DNA of 64,000 nucleotides from Bacillales bacterium (GTDB lineage Bacteria; Bacillota_I; Bacilli_A; RF39; UBA660): NCBI GenBank assembly GCA_016292035.1, contig JAEEZR010000026.1, positions 16,655 to 80,654 of the forward strand, read 5' to 3'. Shown piece by piece: positions 36,752 to 44,169 of this stretch (position 1 is its first letter; each line of letters starts with the position of its first letter). The notes under the pieces were generated by a model. It saw only the letters and a program-made list of their open reading frames with translations, ran no database searches and was not told where the DNA came from. The position numbers and the translations under genes were made by a program.

Positions 36752-37120
36752 CTATTTGCCAAACTTATCTAGAAAATACTTTTTCTTCATAGTAATAAAG
36801 TCTTCATTAGATATTTGTAAACTCTCTTCTTCAGAAAGTGGTTCAACTTTAATAGTTTGATTATACTTTTCTTTGTTTTCCTCACTCAAAGGGCTTGAAA
36901 TATCTTCATACTCTCTGCAGAACATCTTACCATCTTGAAATATATTGCTATAAACAACTAAATTTACTGCTCTTTTTAAATCATTATCACCAGTATAAGT
37001 AATAACTCCTTCATCAATATCAGAACCTTTAACGCCTATTTGCTCAATTTTATAAATATTTTTTTCAGTTAAATTTGTACCTTTAAAATGCTTACATAGC
37101 ATTCCCTCTTTATAAATCAT
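36752..37120 (-). CDS. DUF1653-like small protein
   Basis: KHFKG...IYKI...VVYSNIF..GKMFCREYEDI resembles the YRHFKG ... VVY ... WVRP..MF pattern of DUF1653. RBS AAGGAGA. Confidence 0.4.
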   Translation of the reverse strand: MIYKEGMLCKHFKGTNLTEKNIYKIEQIGVKGSDIDEGVITYTGDNDLKRAVNLVVYSNIFQDGKMFCREYEDISSPLSEENKEKYNQTIKVEPLSEEESLQISNEDFITMKKKYFLDKFGK

Positions 37121-37146
37121 AAATGCATCTCCTTAATCAATAAAAA

Positions 37147-37467
37147 TTAACGCCTTACATTTAAAGCTCTAGTAACTTGTTTAACAGAATGAAAGAAGAA
37201 ATCACTTTTTCTTGTTATAACGCACGCATTTTCTAATGATTCTAAAGGATAAAATATATCATTAATAACATCATAAAATCCAAAATCTTGTATCATTACT
37301 CCATATAAATGTAAATTCCCTATTATTTTTACATAATTGCCTTTAGAAGAACATGAAACTGAATCAATACTTTCAAAGTCATTTAAACCAGTCTTAAACT
37401 TCTTAGCAGGGTAAATTCTAGAAGAATTAACAATTACTTCATGCGTAACATAAATAATGTTTTTCAT
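37147..37467 (-). CDS. hypothetical protein (island orphan)
   Basis: 106-aa ORF with RBS TTGGTGAT. No motif recognised. Confidence 0.4.
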   Translation of the reverse strand: MKNIIYVTHEVIVNSSRIYPAKKFKTGLNDFESIDSVSCSSKGNYVKIIGNLHLYGVMIQDFGFYDVINDIFYPLESLENACVITRKSDFFFHSVKQVTRALNVRR

Positions 37468-37525
37468 CTTTCAATCACCAAGGATTATTCTAACATATAA
37501 AAATATAAAATTAAAGAAAAATTAA

Positions 37526-37552
37526 TATAAAAAAGCAAGACATATCTTGCTT
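37526..37552 (-). terminator. rho-independent terminator
   Basis: AAGCAAGA / TCTTGCTT stem followed by a T-run on the minus strand. Confidence 0.6.
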
Positions 37553-37559
37553 TAAATTA

Positions 37560-38471
37560 TTACATTGATCTATTTTGCTCTTCATCTAATGAATAAGATA
37601 TATCATAAGCTTCATTATACGTAATTAGAGGTACATCATGTTTAGTGAAATGGTCTTTATATCTAGTCATTAATATATAAGCAGGTTGTTTTTCAGGATT
37701 AGCATAAGAATAACATTTAATCCAACTATCAAAATTCTTTTCTAAATCGCTGCAAGCCTTTTGAAATTCAGAAGTATATTCAGCTTTTCCTTCAGTAACA
37801 ATTATAATATCTATTAATCTATTAATATGATTCTCCTGACTACTAAATTCCCAGTAATCTTCATGTATACTGCCAAAAGGTCTTTCTAATTTGGCAGCTT
37901 CTATAGCCAAAACACCAAGATTAGGATATTCACGTAAAATATCATCTGAAATAGCCTTAATTCTTTCTTCATCAGTGCGGTAATAAGAAGTAAAATTATA
38001 TTGCATAGTATGGTCTCTTAACCACTTCATTTTATCTAGCTTGGCTTGATGATCACGATCGATAATTTCATCTGCTTGTTTAACAGTAACTAAAGGAATA
38101 GATGGATCTTCTAGATGGCGCTGAAATCTTTGCATAACATAATAAACAGCTTGTTCTTCAGGATTAGCATATGTAAAAGAATCTTTCCAACTATTAAAAT
38201 TACTTGCTAAATCTTTGCAAGCTTTCTCATACTCTGCTGAAAATTGAGGTTTTCCTTCAGTAACTATTACAATATCAATTAATCTATTAATATGATTTGC
38301 TTGTTCACTAAAATCCCAGTAGTCTTCATGAACTCTCCCAAAAGGTTTTTCCATCTTAGCAGCTTCTGTAGCTAAAATACCTAAGTTAGGATATTCAGTT
38401 AAAATGTCATCAGCAACAGCTTTAATCCTCTCTTCTTCACTATTATAATACGCTGTATAATTATATTTCAT
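37560..38471 (-). CDS. orphan protein made of two tandem ~150-aa homologous modules
   Basis: Start moved to the ATG at 38471 (RBS AGAGGTG). The modules share YN.T.YY...EERIKA..DDIL.EYPNLG.LA.EAAK.E.PFG..HEDYW.FS.Q.NHINRLIDI.IVTEGK. Confidence 0.5.
   Translation of the reverse strand: MKYNYTAYYNSEEERIKAVADDILTEYPNLGILATEAAKMEKPFGRVHEDYWDFSEQANHINRLIDIVIVTEGKPQFSAEYEKACKDLASNFNSWKDSFTYANPEEQAVYYVMQRFQRHLEDPSIPLVTVKQADEIIDRDHQAKLDKMKWLRDHTMQYNFTSYYRTDEERIKAISDDILREYPNLGVLAIEAAKLERPFGSIHEDYWEFSSQENHINRLIDIIIVTEGKAEYTSEFQKACSDLEKNFDSWIKCYSYANPEKQPAYILMTRYKDHFTKHDVPLITYNEAYDISYSLDEEQNRSM
37563..38471 (-). repeat. intragenic tandem duplication (unit 1 38007-38471, unit 2 37563-38006)
   Basis: By-eye alignment gives roughly two-thirds identical residues over the first ~110 positions of each unit. 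Confidence 0.8.
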
Positions 38472-38554
38472 TTTTACACCTCTACTATATACATTATATA
38501 TCAAAGACAACGTTTAAGTCTATTAAATTATTAAAAAAATAAAAGAAAGCAACA

Positions 38555-39088
38555 TTATCGCTTTCTCTCTGAAGAAAACTCTTCTAAGCTCAATGAGTAA
38601 AACTCAATTTTATATTTTTCTTTTAAAGAGTTCAAAAGACTCTCATTAATATAATAATAGTCATTATCAGCATTATTAAATTCTTCCACACTAAGTAGTC
38701 CTAAAGAATAAGCAGCCGAATTATCTATGCAGTAGTTAGATCCATCTACATAAACTCTAATTGGTTGTTTTTTCTCTATTCTTATATATTCAATTTCAAT
38801 ATCACTATCAGCTTTTAACTTGTTCAAAAGACCTAAAGATATTTCAACAAGCTTTGGAGTATCTAACATAACTGCTCTAGTATTTATAATTCCAAGAGCG
38901 TATGCACTAGCGTGCTCTATATAGTATTTGTCGTCATCAACATAAACTTTGATAATAGACTTTTGTCTTAAAATAGTTTTATAACTAGTTTTAGGGGTCA
39001 AGTCAGTCTTAAGAGTAGTTTTACTAGGTCTAGTAGCCGATAAAATATTATTTTCATAACTCTTCTCTTGTTTGAACATTAATGGCAT
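38555..39088 (-). CDS. orphan protein with two tandem ~63-aa modules (VYVD...Y.I....AY.LG(I/L))
   Basis: Start moved to the ATG at 39088 (TGGTATACT -10-like box, RBS AGGATGTGA). Repeat units at about 38765-38956 and 38576-38764. Confidence 0.45.
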   Translation of the reverse strand: MPLMFKQEKSYENNILSATRPSKTTLKTDLTPKTSYKTILRQKSIIKVYVDDDKYYIEHASAYALGIINTRAVMLDTPKLVEISLGLLNKLKADSDIEIEYIRIEKKQPIRVYVDGSNYCIDNSAAYSLGLLSVEEFNNADNDYYYINESLLNSLKEKYKIEFYSLSLEEFSSERKR

Positions 39089-39195
39089 ACCTATCACATC
39101 CTAAGCATAGTATACCATATAATAATAATATAAAAAAACAATAATCTGTAAAGCATCGTCACATAAGTGTAAATAAAAAACCAAATTAATAAAAT

Positions 39196-39762
39196 TTAGT
39201 TTTTATTTATCATAAAGCGTTTGCTAAGTAATAAATTATTACTATCATCAGTTCTAGTGCAACTTATTTTTTTAATAAGAGAGTCCATATAATGCCTTAT
39301 TAGTTCTATTTCGTCCTCAATAATTTTTCTTGTCTTTTCATCTGTAGAAACATTATATTGTTCAATATACATCATAAGATTTCTAGCTGCATCAGAAAGT
39401 TTAGAACTGTCTAATTTTTCATCAGCATTAATCATCCACCAACAATTAATAATTTCGTAAATATACATTAAGTTAATACTATTATTATTTAGAATTGTAA
39501 TTGTTTTAGCTTCATTAAAACCTTTTCTTTTTATTCTTGAATATAAGTCAGCAAGTACTCTAAAGCTATGATCATACATAACATAATCTAAATCTTCTAG
39601 GTCAATAGTAACGCTTTTTACGTTCCAGCATTTTCTAACTATATCAAGTCTGTTAGAATAATATCTTCCTTTTGGAAGAATAATCTTGCCATCATCAAAG
39701 AAAACGTAGTCTCTAATAATAGGCTTATCTTTTCTGTCTTTACAGTAATCTATAGTGTACAT
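39196..39762 (-). CDS. orphan protein, paralogue B of the 42444-43013 gene
   Basis: Start is the ATG at 39762 (RBS GAGGTGA). Shares KCWN(I/V)KS.TID.ED, ITILNNNS.NLM and IINC.WMIN.DE.LD blocks with paralogue A. Confidence 0.5.
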   Translation of the reverse strand: MYTIDYCKDRKDKPIIRDYVFFDDGKIILPKGRYYSNRLDIVRKCWNVKSVTIDLEDLDYVMYDHSFRVLADLYSRIKRKGFNEAKTITILNNNSINLMYIYEIINCWWMINADEKLDSSKLSDAARNLMMYIEQYNVSTDEKTRKIIEDEIELIRHYMDSLIKKISCTRTDDSNNLLLSKRFMINKN

Positions 39763-39877
39763 AGGTTTCACCTCAAGTTACATATTATAGCATATAAATA
39801 ATTAATTTCATACTTTAAATTAATTAATAGTAGATATGGAGCGGTAAAACCAAAGCCTAAAACAATTTAGATGTGCC

Positions 39878-40408
39878 TTAAGGCCTTTTCATACCAGAGG
39901 CGTGCTTAATAGTATCATACCATCTATCATCAATGCTAATTTTATCATTGACGTCATAAACAATAGGAATAGAATATGTCATTGATTCTTTATTTTTTTC
40001 AAATACTTTTTTAATATCTAAATCATATCCTTTATAACTAAGAAGCATATCTAATAATCTACACGCTGTTCTATGATTAGCATCATCAAACAATTGAAAA
40101 TGAGTCATACAAGAAACTACTCTAAAGCAACTTTCAATGACATTTTCATCGTTATTTGAAGTAATACATTTGATAATTAATGAAGTAATTAAACTAGCAT
40201 TTGAATCATTAATTTCTCTCGTATTATATCCCATATATTCTAAATTTATTAAACTCAATCTATCAATAATTAATTTTTTGTACTCTTCAAAATCAATTTT
40301 CTGAGATAAAAATAAAGAAGTTTTAGATTTAAAGTATTCTCTATCATCGAGCAAAATTAAATCATCATCACAACAATTTCTAACATATTCGGCATAAACT
40401 CCATGCAT
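39878..40408 (-). CDS. Doc/Fic-fold-like protein with substituted catalytic motif
   Basis: Start is the ATG at 40408 (RBS GGAGGA). THFQLFDDANHRTACRLL (40064-40102) aligns to the P1 Doc motif HIFNDANKRTALN, with His->Gln and Lys->His substitutions. Confidence 0.45.
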   Translation of the reverse strand: MHGVYAEYVRNCCDDDLILLDDREYFKSKTSLFLSQKIDFEEYKKLIIDRLSLINLEYMGYNTREINDSNASLITSLIIKCITSNNDENVIESCFRVVSCMTHFQLFDDANHRTACRLLDMLLSYKGYDLDIKKVFEKNKESMTYSIPIVYDVNDKISIDDRWYDTIKHASGMKRP

Positions 40409-40519
40409 AACACAATCCTCCAACAATTATTATAACAAAATATAACTAATTTTTCATTGAATAATTAGCCTATTTATAAAAAGTCCATATAGTTATTATT
40501 TAATAATCCGCCTAAGAAT

Positions 40520-41041
40520 TCACTGATGTAGTTCTCTTATTATTTCTTTATCTAGCAGTGCTTGATAAACTTTAGATATAAAATCATCTTGTAAAGTAGA
40601 ACCTGTATTAATATTTCTTGCAAATCTACCATTAAATGAAGGTGAAAATGCAATAACATGCGTTTTACTTTTTCTAGGTACCTCCATATCAAGTGGCTTA
40701 GTACACTTTAATTTAATATAATTACTCTCACAAGTAATAGTTAAATAGCTTACACTTTTTATGTCCCACTCATCATTAGGATTGCAATAGCAATCACTAT
40801 ACCAAACTAATTCATTACCTTTTTTATAGCACTTAAACACATCATCACTACTAAAATTGTATTGCTGTTCCATTAGCTCTTTTAATGGCTCAAAAAGCTC
40901 CATATCATCTGTTATTATTACTTCATTACTATCTTTAAAAAACCATACGCATTCGTCAGCAAAATAATCCATATACATTATTACTTCATCTGATTCTTCG
41001 ATTAGAAACTCAATTTTACTTCCATCAATAACTTTTTTCAT
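40520..41041 (-). CDS. hypothetical protein (island orphan, 173 aa)
   Basis: ORF with its own GATATAAT box and RBS GGATGTGAT. No motif recognised. Confidence 0.4.
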   Translation of the reverse strand: MKKVIDGSKIEFLIEESDEVIMYMDYFADECVWFFKDSNEVIITDDMELFEPLKELMEQQYNFSSDDVFKCYKKGNELVWYSDCYCNPNDEWDIKSVSYLTITCESNYIKLKCTKPLDMEVPRKSKTHVIAFSPSFNGRFARNINTGSTLQDDFISKVYQALLDKEIIRELHQ

Positions 41042-41121
41042 GAAATCACATCCATCGCTAAAATATTATATCATAGTTATAAGATTGTAGCGATTGTAAA
41101 AAAAGTTTGATAAATTATTAA

Positions 41122-41146
41122 ATAAAAAAGACTTTTAAAAGTCTCT
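41122..41146 (-). terminator. rho-independent terminator
   Basis: 16-nt palindrome AGACTTTTAAAAGTCT followed by a T-run on the minus strand, immediately after the stop at 41147. Confidence 0.6.
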
Positions 41147-42352
41147 TTATTTGGCATGAGAAGAATGTATTTCAATTTCATTAGAATTAAGTGCTGACAC
41201 CTTACTTTCTGTTGCTTCACGTATTTTTTTCTTCATGGCTTGGTATAATTGAATTGATAATTCTCCATCATAATATAATTCTTCAAGTTTTTTATCAAAC
41301 ATTTCCTCTTGTTTTCTTAAATCAGTGATAGAATTAATATTTTCATCAAACATAATCCCTGTTGACATAACAACTTGATTAATCATTAATGTAAGATAAA
41401 TATTTTTCATTTGAAGTAAAGACTCAATTTTCTTGTCAAAAAAGCTTGTATTTATCTCATCACCCAAAGCACTTTGTCTTTCTACGAAACTAGTTCTATT
41501 ATCAATTGATTTTTTTAAATTATTTAATAAAAACTTATCAAAATCCATAAAAGTAAAATCTTCGATAGATTGCAATTCATTTAAATATTTAAGTTCATTC
41601 ATAGGCAATGATGAAGTACTGTTTTGATAATAATATGCCATCATCAATTTGATGCAATCACTACAATTTGATATTTTGAAAGTCTTCAAATTTATTTCAT
41701 TTAGCCCACCCTTTTTATATATTTCTCTGTAGACATCTAATTCATCTGACATCATTCTTAGCACCTGATTTTCTGGTAGTGATTCAATAAATTTTTCAAA
41801 TTTTTCTAGTCTTATTTTTCTTTCTTCTAATTCCTCATTAATTCTTAGAAGAATTTCATCTTGATTAGTAATATCAATTTCTTTTTCAGAATGTAATATA
41901 TCTTCACCAACCACTACTTTTTCAACTACATAATTACTAACCGGTATTCGTTCAGCAACCCATTCATCGCCCATGAATCCATTATTATAATGACCCCTTA
42001 AAGAGCTTGTAATCCACGGCTTATGAACATCTAATCCATTAGTTGATATTTTGTATACAATTCCAACAGCAGGAACAGCAATTCTTAAGGATCCTACTCC
42101 GATTCTAACGTTTTTATTTAATGGAGTTCCATCGCCCATACTAACTGCTGCATATGCACTCGTTGCGACTTCTTTGTAATCACTCATATATACTCCATAT
42201 TCATTTCCATCGCCAACGGTTTCTCTTCCTTGTTCATCATACTTGGGCGGATTTGGTGGAGTTAAATCTACACCAAATATTTGCTTTTCATTTATTATTT
42301 TTTCATTAACAATTACGCCTCTATACAAAAACTCTGGTTTTGTTTCATCCAT
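41147..42352 (-). CDS. orphan 401-aa protein: N-terminal ART-superfamily/RES-like domain candidate + long helical C-terminal region
   Basis: Start is the ATG at 42352 (RBS AGGATGTGA). By-eye motifs are QGRET, GVYMSDYKEVA and LRIAVPAVG, with spacing like the GGRWN / (I/V)Y..(D/S)....E / VP(S/A)A motifs of RES/MbcT-type NAD-targeting toxins. Confidence 0.3.
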   Translation of the reverse strand: MDETKPEFLYRGVIVNEKIINEKQIFGVDLTPPNPPKYDEQGRETVGDGNEYGVYMSDYKEVATSAYAAVSMGDGTPLNKNVRIGVGSLRIAVPAVGIVYKISTNGLDVHKPWITSSLRGHYNNGFMGDEWVAERIPVSNYVVEKVVVGEDILHSEKEIDITNQDEILLRINEELEERKIRLEKFEKFIESLPENQVLRMMSDELDVYREIYKKGGLNEINLKTFKISNCSDCIKLMMAYYYQNSTSSLPMNELKYLNELQSIEDFTFMDFDKFLLNNLKKSIDNRTSFVERQSALGDEINTSFFDKKIESLLQMKNIYLTLMINQVVMSTGIMFDENINSITDLRKQEEMFDKKLEELYYDGELSIQLYQAMKKKIREATESKVSALNSNEIEIHSSHAK

Positions 42353-42427
42353 CGTTATCACATCCTACAACAATTATATCACATTAATGAATTTCGCTGA
42401 TAGCAATTCTCTATTTATAGTTTAATA

Positions 42428-42457
42428 AATAAAAAAAGAAACATTAATTAGTTTCTT
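42428..42457 (-). terminator. rho-independent terminator
   Basis: AAGAAAC / GTTTCTT stem followed by a T-run on the minus strand. It overlaps the last codons of the 189-aa gene. Confidence 0.55.
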
Positions 42458-43013
42458 TTTGTCTAATAAAATGCTTTCCTAACTTTAAAGTATTAGAGCC
42501 AAATTCCTGTTCATTTTTATTATAGCTAGTAATAGTATTTATATAATAATCAATTAGAATTTCAATATCTCTTTTTAATTTTGGATCATTGGTAGAATCA
42601 TACTCTTTCATGAAATTATATAATTGCCTTGAAACATTTAAAGAATCTATGCCATCTAACATTTCATCTCGATTAATCATCCATTTACAATTAATAATTG
42701 CATTAATAAACATTAGATTTACACTATTATTATTTAGAATAGTAATTGAGCCAATTTTTTTATCTAGATTTGCTCTTTGTACTTTGAAATATAGACTATA
42801 TAGTTTTAACAGTCTATTATCATATATAATGTGCTTTATATCTTCCACATCAATAGTTAAACTCTTTATATTCCAACATTTATCAATTAAACCTTTTTTA
42901 TATGAGTACCATCTCTTCATCAAATAATTTAGTTTCCAATTACTGCTTGAATAATCTGGTTCTTTAATAGTTGGTTTTTCTTTCTTAGTCTTATAACATT
43001 CTATTGTATACAC
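42444..43013 (-). CDS. orphan protein, paralogue A of the 39196-39762 gene
   Basis: GTG start at 43013 aligned with the ATG of paralogue B (RBS AGGAAGTGA). Shared sequence blocks as listed for paralogue B. Confidence 0.5.
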   Translation of the reverse strand: MYTIECYKTKKEKPTIKEPDYSSSNWKLNYLMKRWYSYKKGLIDKCWNIKSLTIDVEDIKHIIYDNRLLKLYSLYFKVQRANLDKKIGSITILNNNSVNLMFINAIINCKWMINRDEMLDGIDSLNVSRQLYNFMKEYDSTNDPKLKRDIEILIDYYINTITSYNKNEQEFGSNTLKLGKHFIRQKETN

Positions 43014-43060
43014 GGTATATCACTTCCTAGTCAATTATTCTATCATATTAACAAACATTT

Positions 43061-43260
43061 TCAAGTTTTTTTATTATCATTTCGTAATCTCGTTTTGCAA
43101 GTTCTATATATTTTAGTTTCTTTTAAGTTTTCTAATACTTCTTTATAAGGATGACCATATCGATTTTTCTACCTACGGGTATTAAACAATTAATATATAT
43201 GAGCAGCTGCCATATGATCATAAAACCCATGTGGTGATATACGTTTATGTATACGGTTAG
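43061..43260 (-). pseudogene. decayed, internally deleted and frameshifted copy of the comEC 3' end
   Basis: The minus strand reads RISPHGFYDHMAAA ... VGRK(frameshift)NRYGHPYKEVLENLKETKIYRT. Intact ComEC reads VISHGDYDHMGEA ... VGKNNKYGHPNKEVLNNLENSKIYRT. A 16-nt identical core GTTCTATATATTTTAG occurs at 43101-43116 and 44240-44255. In-frame stops are present. Confidence 0.8.
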
Positions 43261-43296
43261 AATATATATAATTACAAATAGAAATGGTATAAGTTG

Positions 43297-44133
43297 TTAT
43301 AAACCTATACCACTTTTATTATCTTTTTTTATTTCATATTCTCCAACTATATACATTCTCTGTGTACCAGTCTTTTCATATTCTTTACCATTCATATAAT
43401 AGTCGTCAAATGATTTAATCACACCATTATTTACAAAATCCAAGAATTCTTCATTTGTTAAAGCACCTACAAAGGGGTAATATGCTTGAACACTTCCATT
43501 TTCTTTATATGATGCAATTGGGATACTATAATCTAGCAAAGCATAGTCATTTTTTCTCTTAACAATGTTAAAACAATGTCCCTCTTGTTTATCATTCAAA
43601 TCTACACACCCCATGCAATAATATGATTCTGTGTCAAAAATACTTAATACCTGTTGAACCAATGCTCCTCTTTCCGTACATTGAGCTGCTCCTTTACCTT
43701 TTAAATCACCAAGTTTATTATTTTTTAATGCTTTAAAATACTCTTCATCTGTAGTGGTTGTTTGCCATGCGATTTCATTAAATATTGTTTCTCTATCTAC
43801 TTTACCTGGGAATCCAAAATAACTATTAACAAAATATTCTAGATTATGAATTAATGAAGCTTTATTATTAATGTTATACTTTTTAATAAAGTGTGCAAAT
43901 TCATAAATAAAATCTGTACTTTCCATTCCGTAATCTTCCATATTTAAATTAGCATATTTAATTCTAGTTTTAAGTGGTATGAATCCTTTAAATACACTAC
44001 AAGATTTTCCATTATTTAGAAAGCCTAATTTTTCAACTTTTGCTGCATTTGAATTTGCTTCATTTATAGCTGTTTCAATAATTGAATCAACATCTTCTTC
44101 CTTACATTCCATTATCTTTTGAAGTAAATCCAT
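43297..44133 (-). CDS. orphan protein with papain-fold-like Cys-His-Asp arrangement (NAT/transglutaminase-like candidate)
   Basis: GAAQCTERGALVQQVL ... EGHCFNIV ... YALLDYS order and spacing resemble the G.C.E..L / H....V / (L/V)D triads of arylamine N-acetyltransferase or transglutaminase-like enzymes. By eye only. Confidence 0.35.
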   Translation of the reverse strand: MDLLQKIMECKEEDVDSIIETAINEANSNAAKVEKLGFLNNGKSCSVFKGFIPLKTRIKYANLNMEDYGMESTDFIYEFAHFIKKYNINNKASLIHNLEYFVNSYFGFPGKVDRETIFNEIAWQTTTTDEEYFKALKNNKLGDLKGKGAAQCTERGALVQQVLSIFDTESYYCMGCVDLNDKQEGHCFNIVKRKNDYALLDYSIPIASYKENGSVQAYYPFVGALTNEEFLDFVNNGVIKSFDDYYMNGKEYEKTGTQRMYIVGEYEIKKDNKSGIGL

Positions 44134-44169
44134 ATTATATCACCAATTATATTATATCATAGATACTAT

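Noticed and set aside
39089-42372. Recurrent GGATGTGAT / GGTGAT motif just upstream of several island genes (e.g. before 42352, 41041 and 39088), first suspected to be a shared operator.
   Set aside because: It is the extended Shine-Dalgarno complement of the 16S 3' end (AGGAGGTGATC), at normal spacing from each start. Core genes in the window (ruvA, hisS, SPOR gene) have the same motif.
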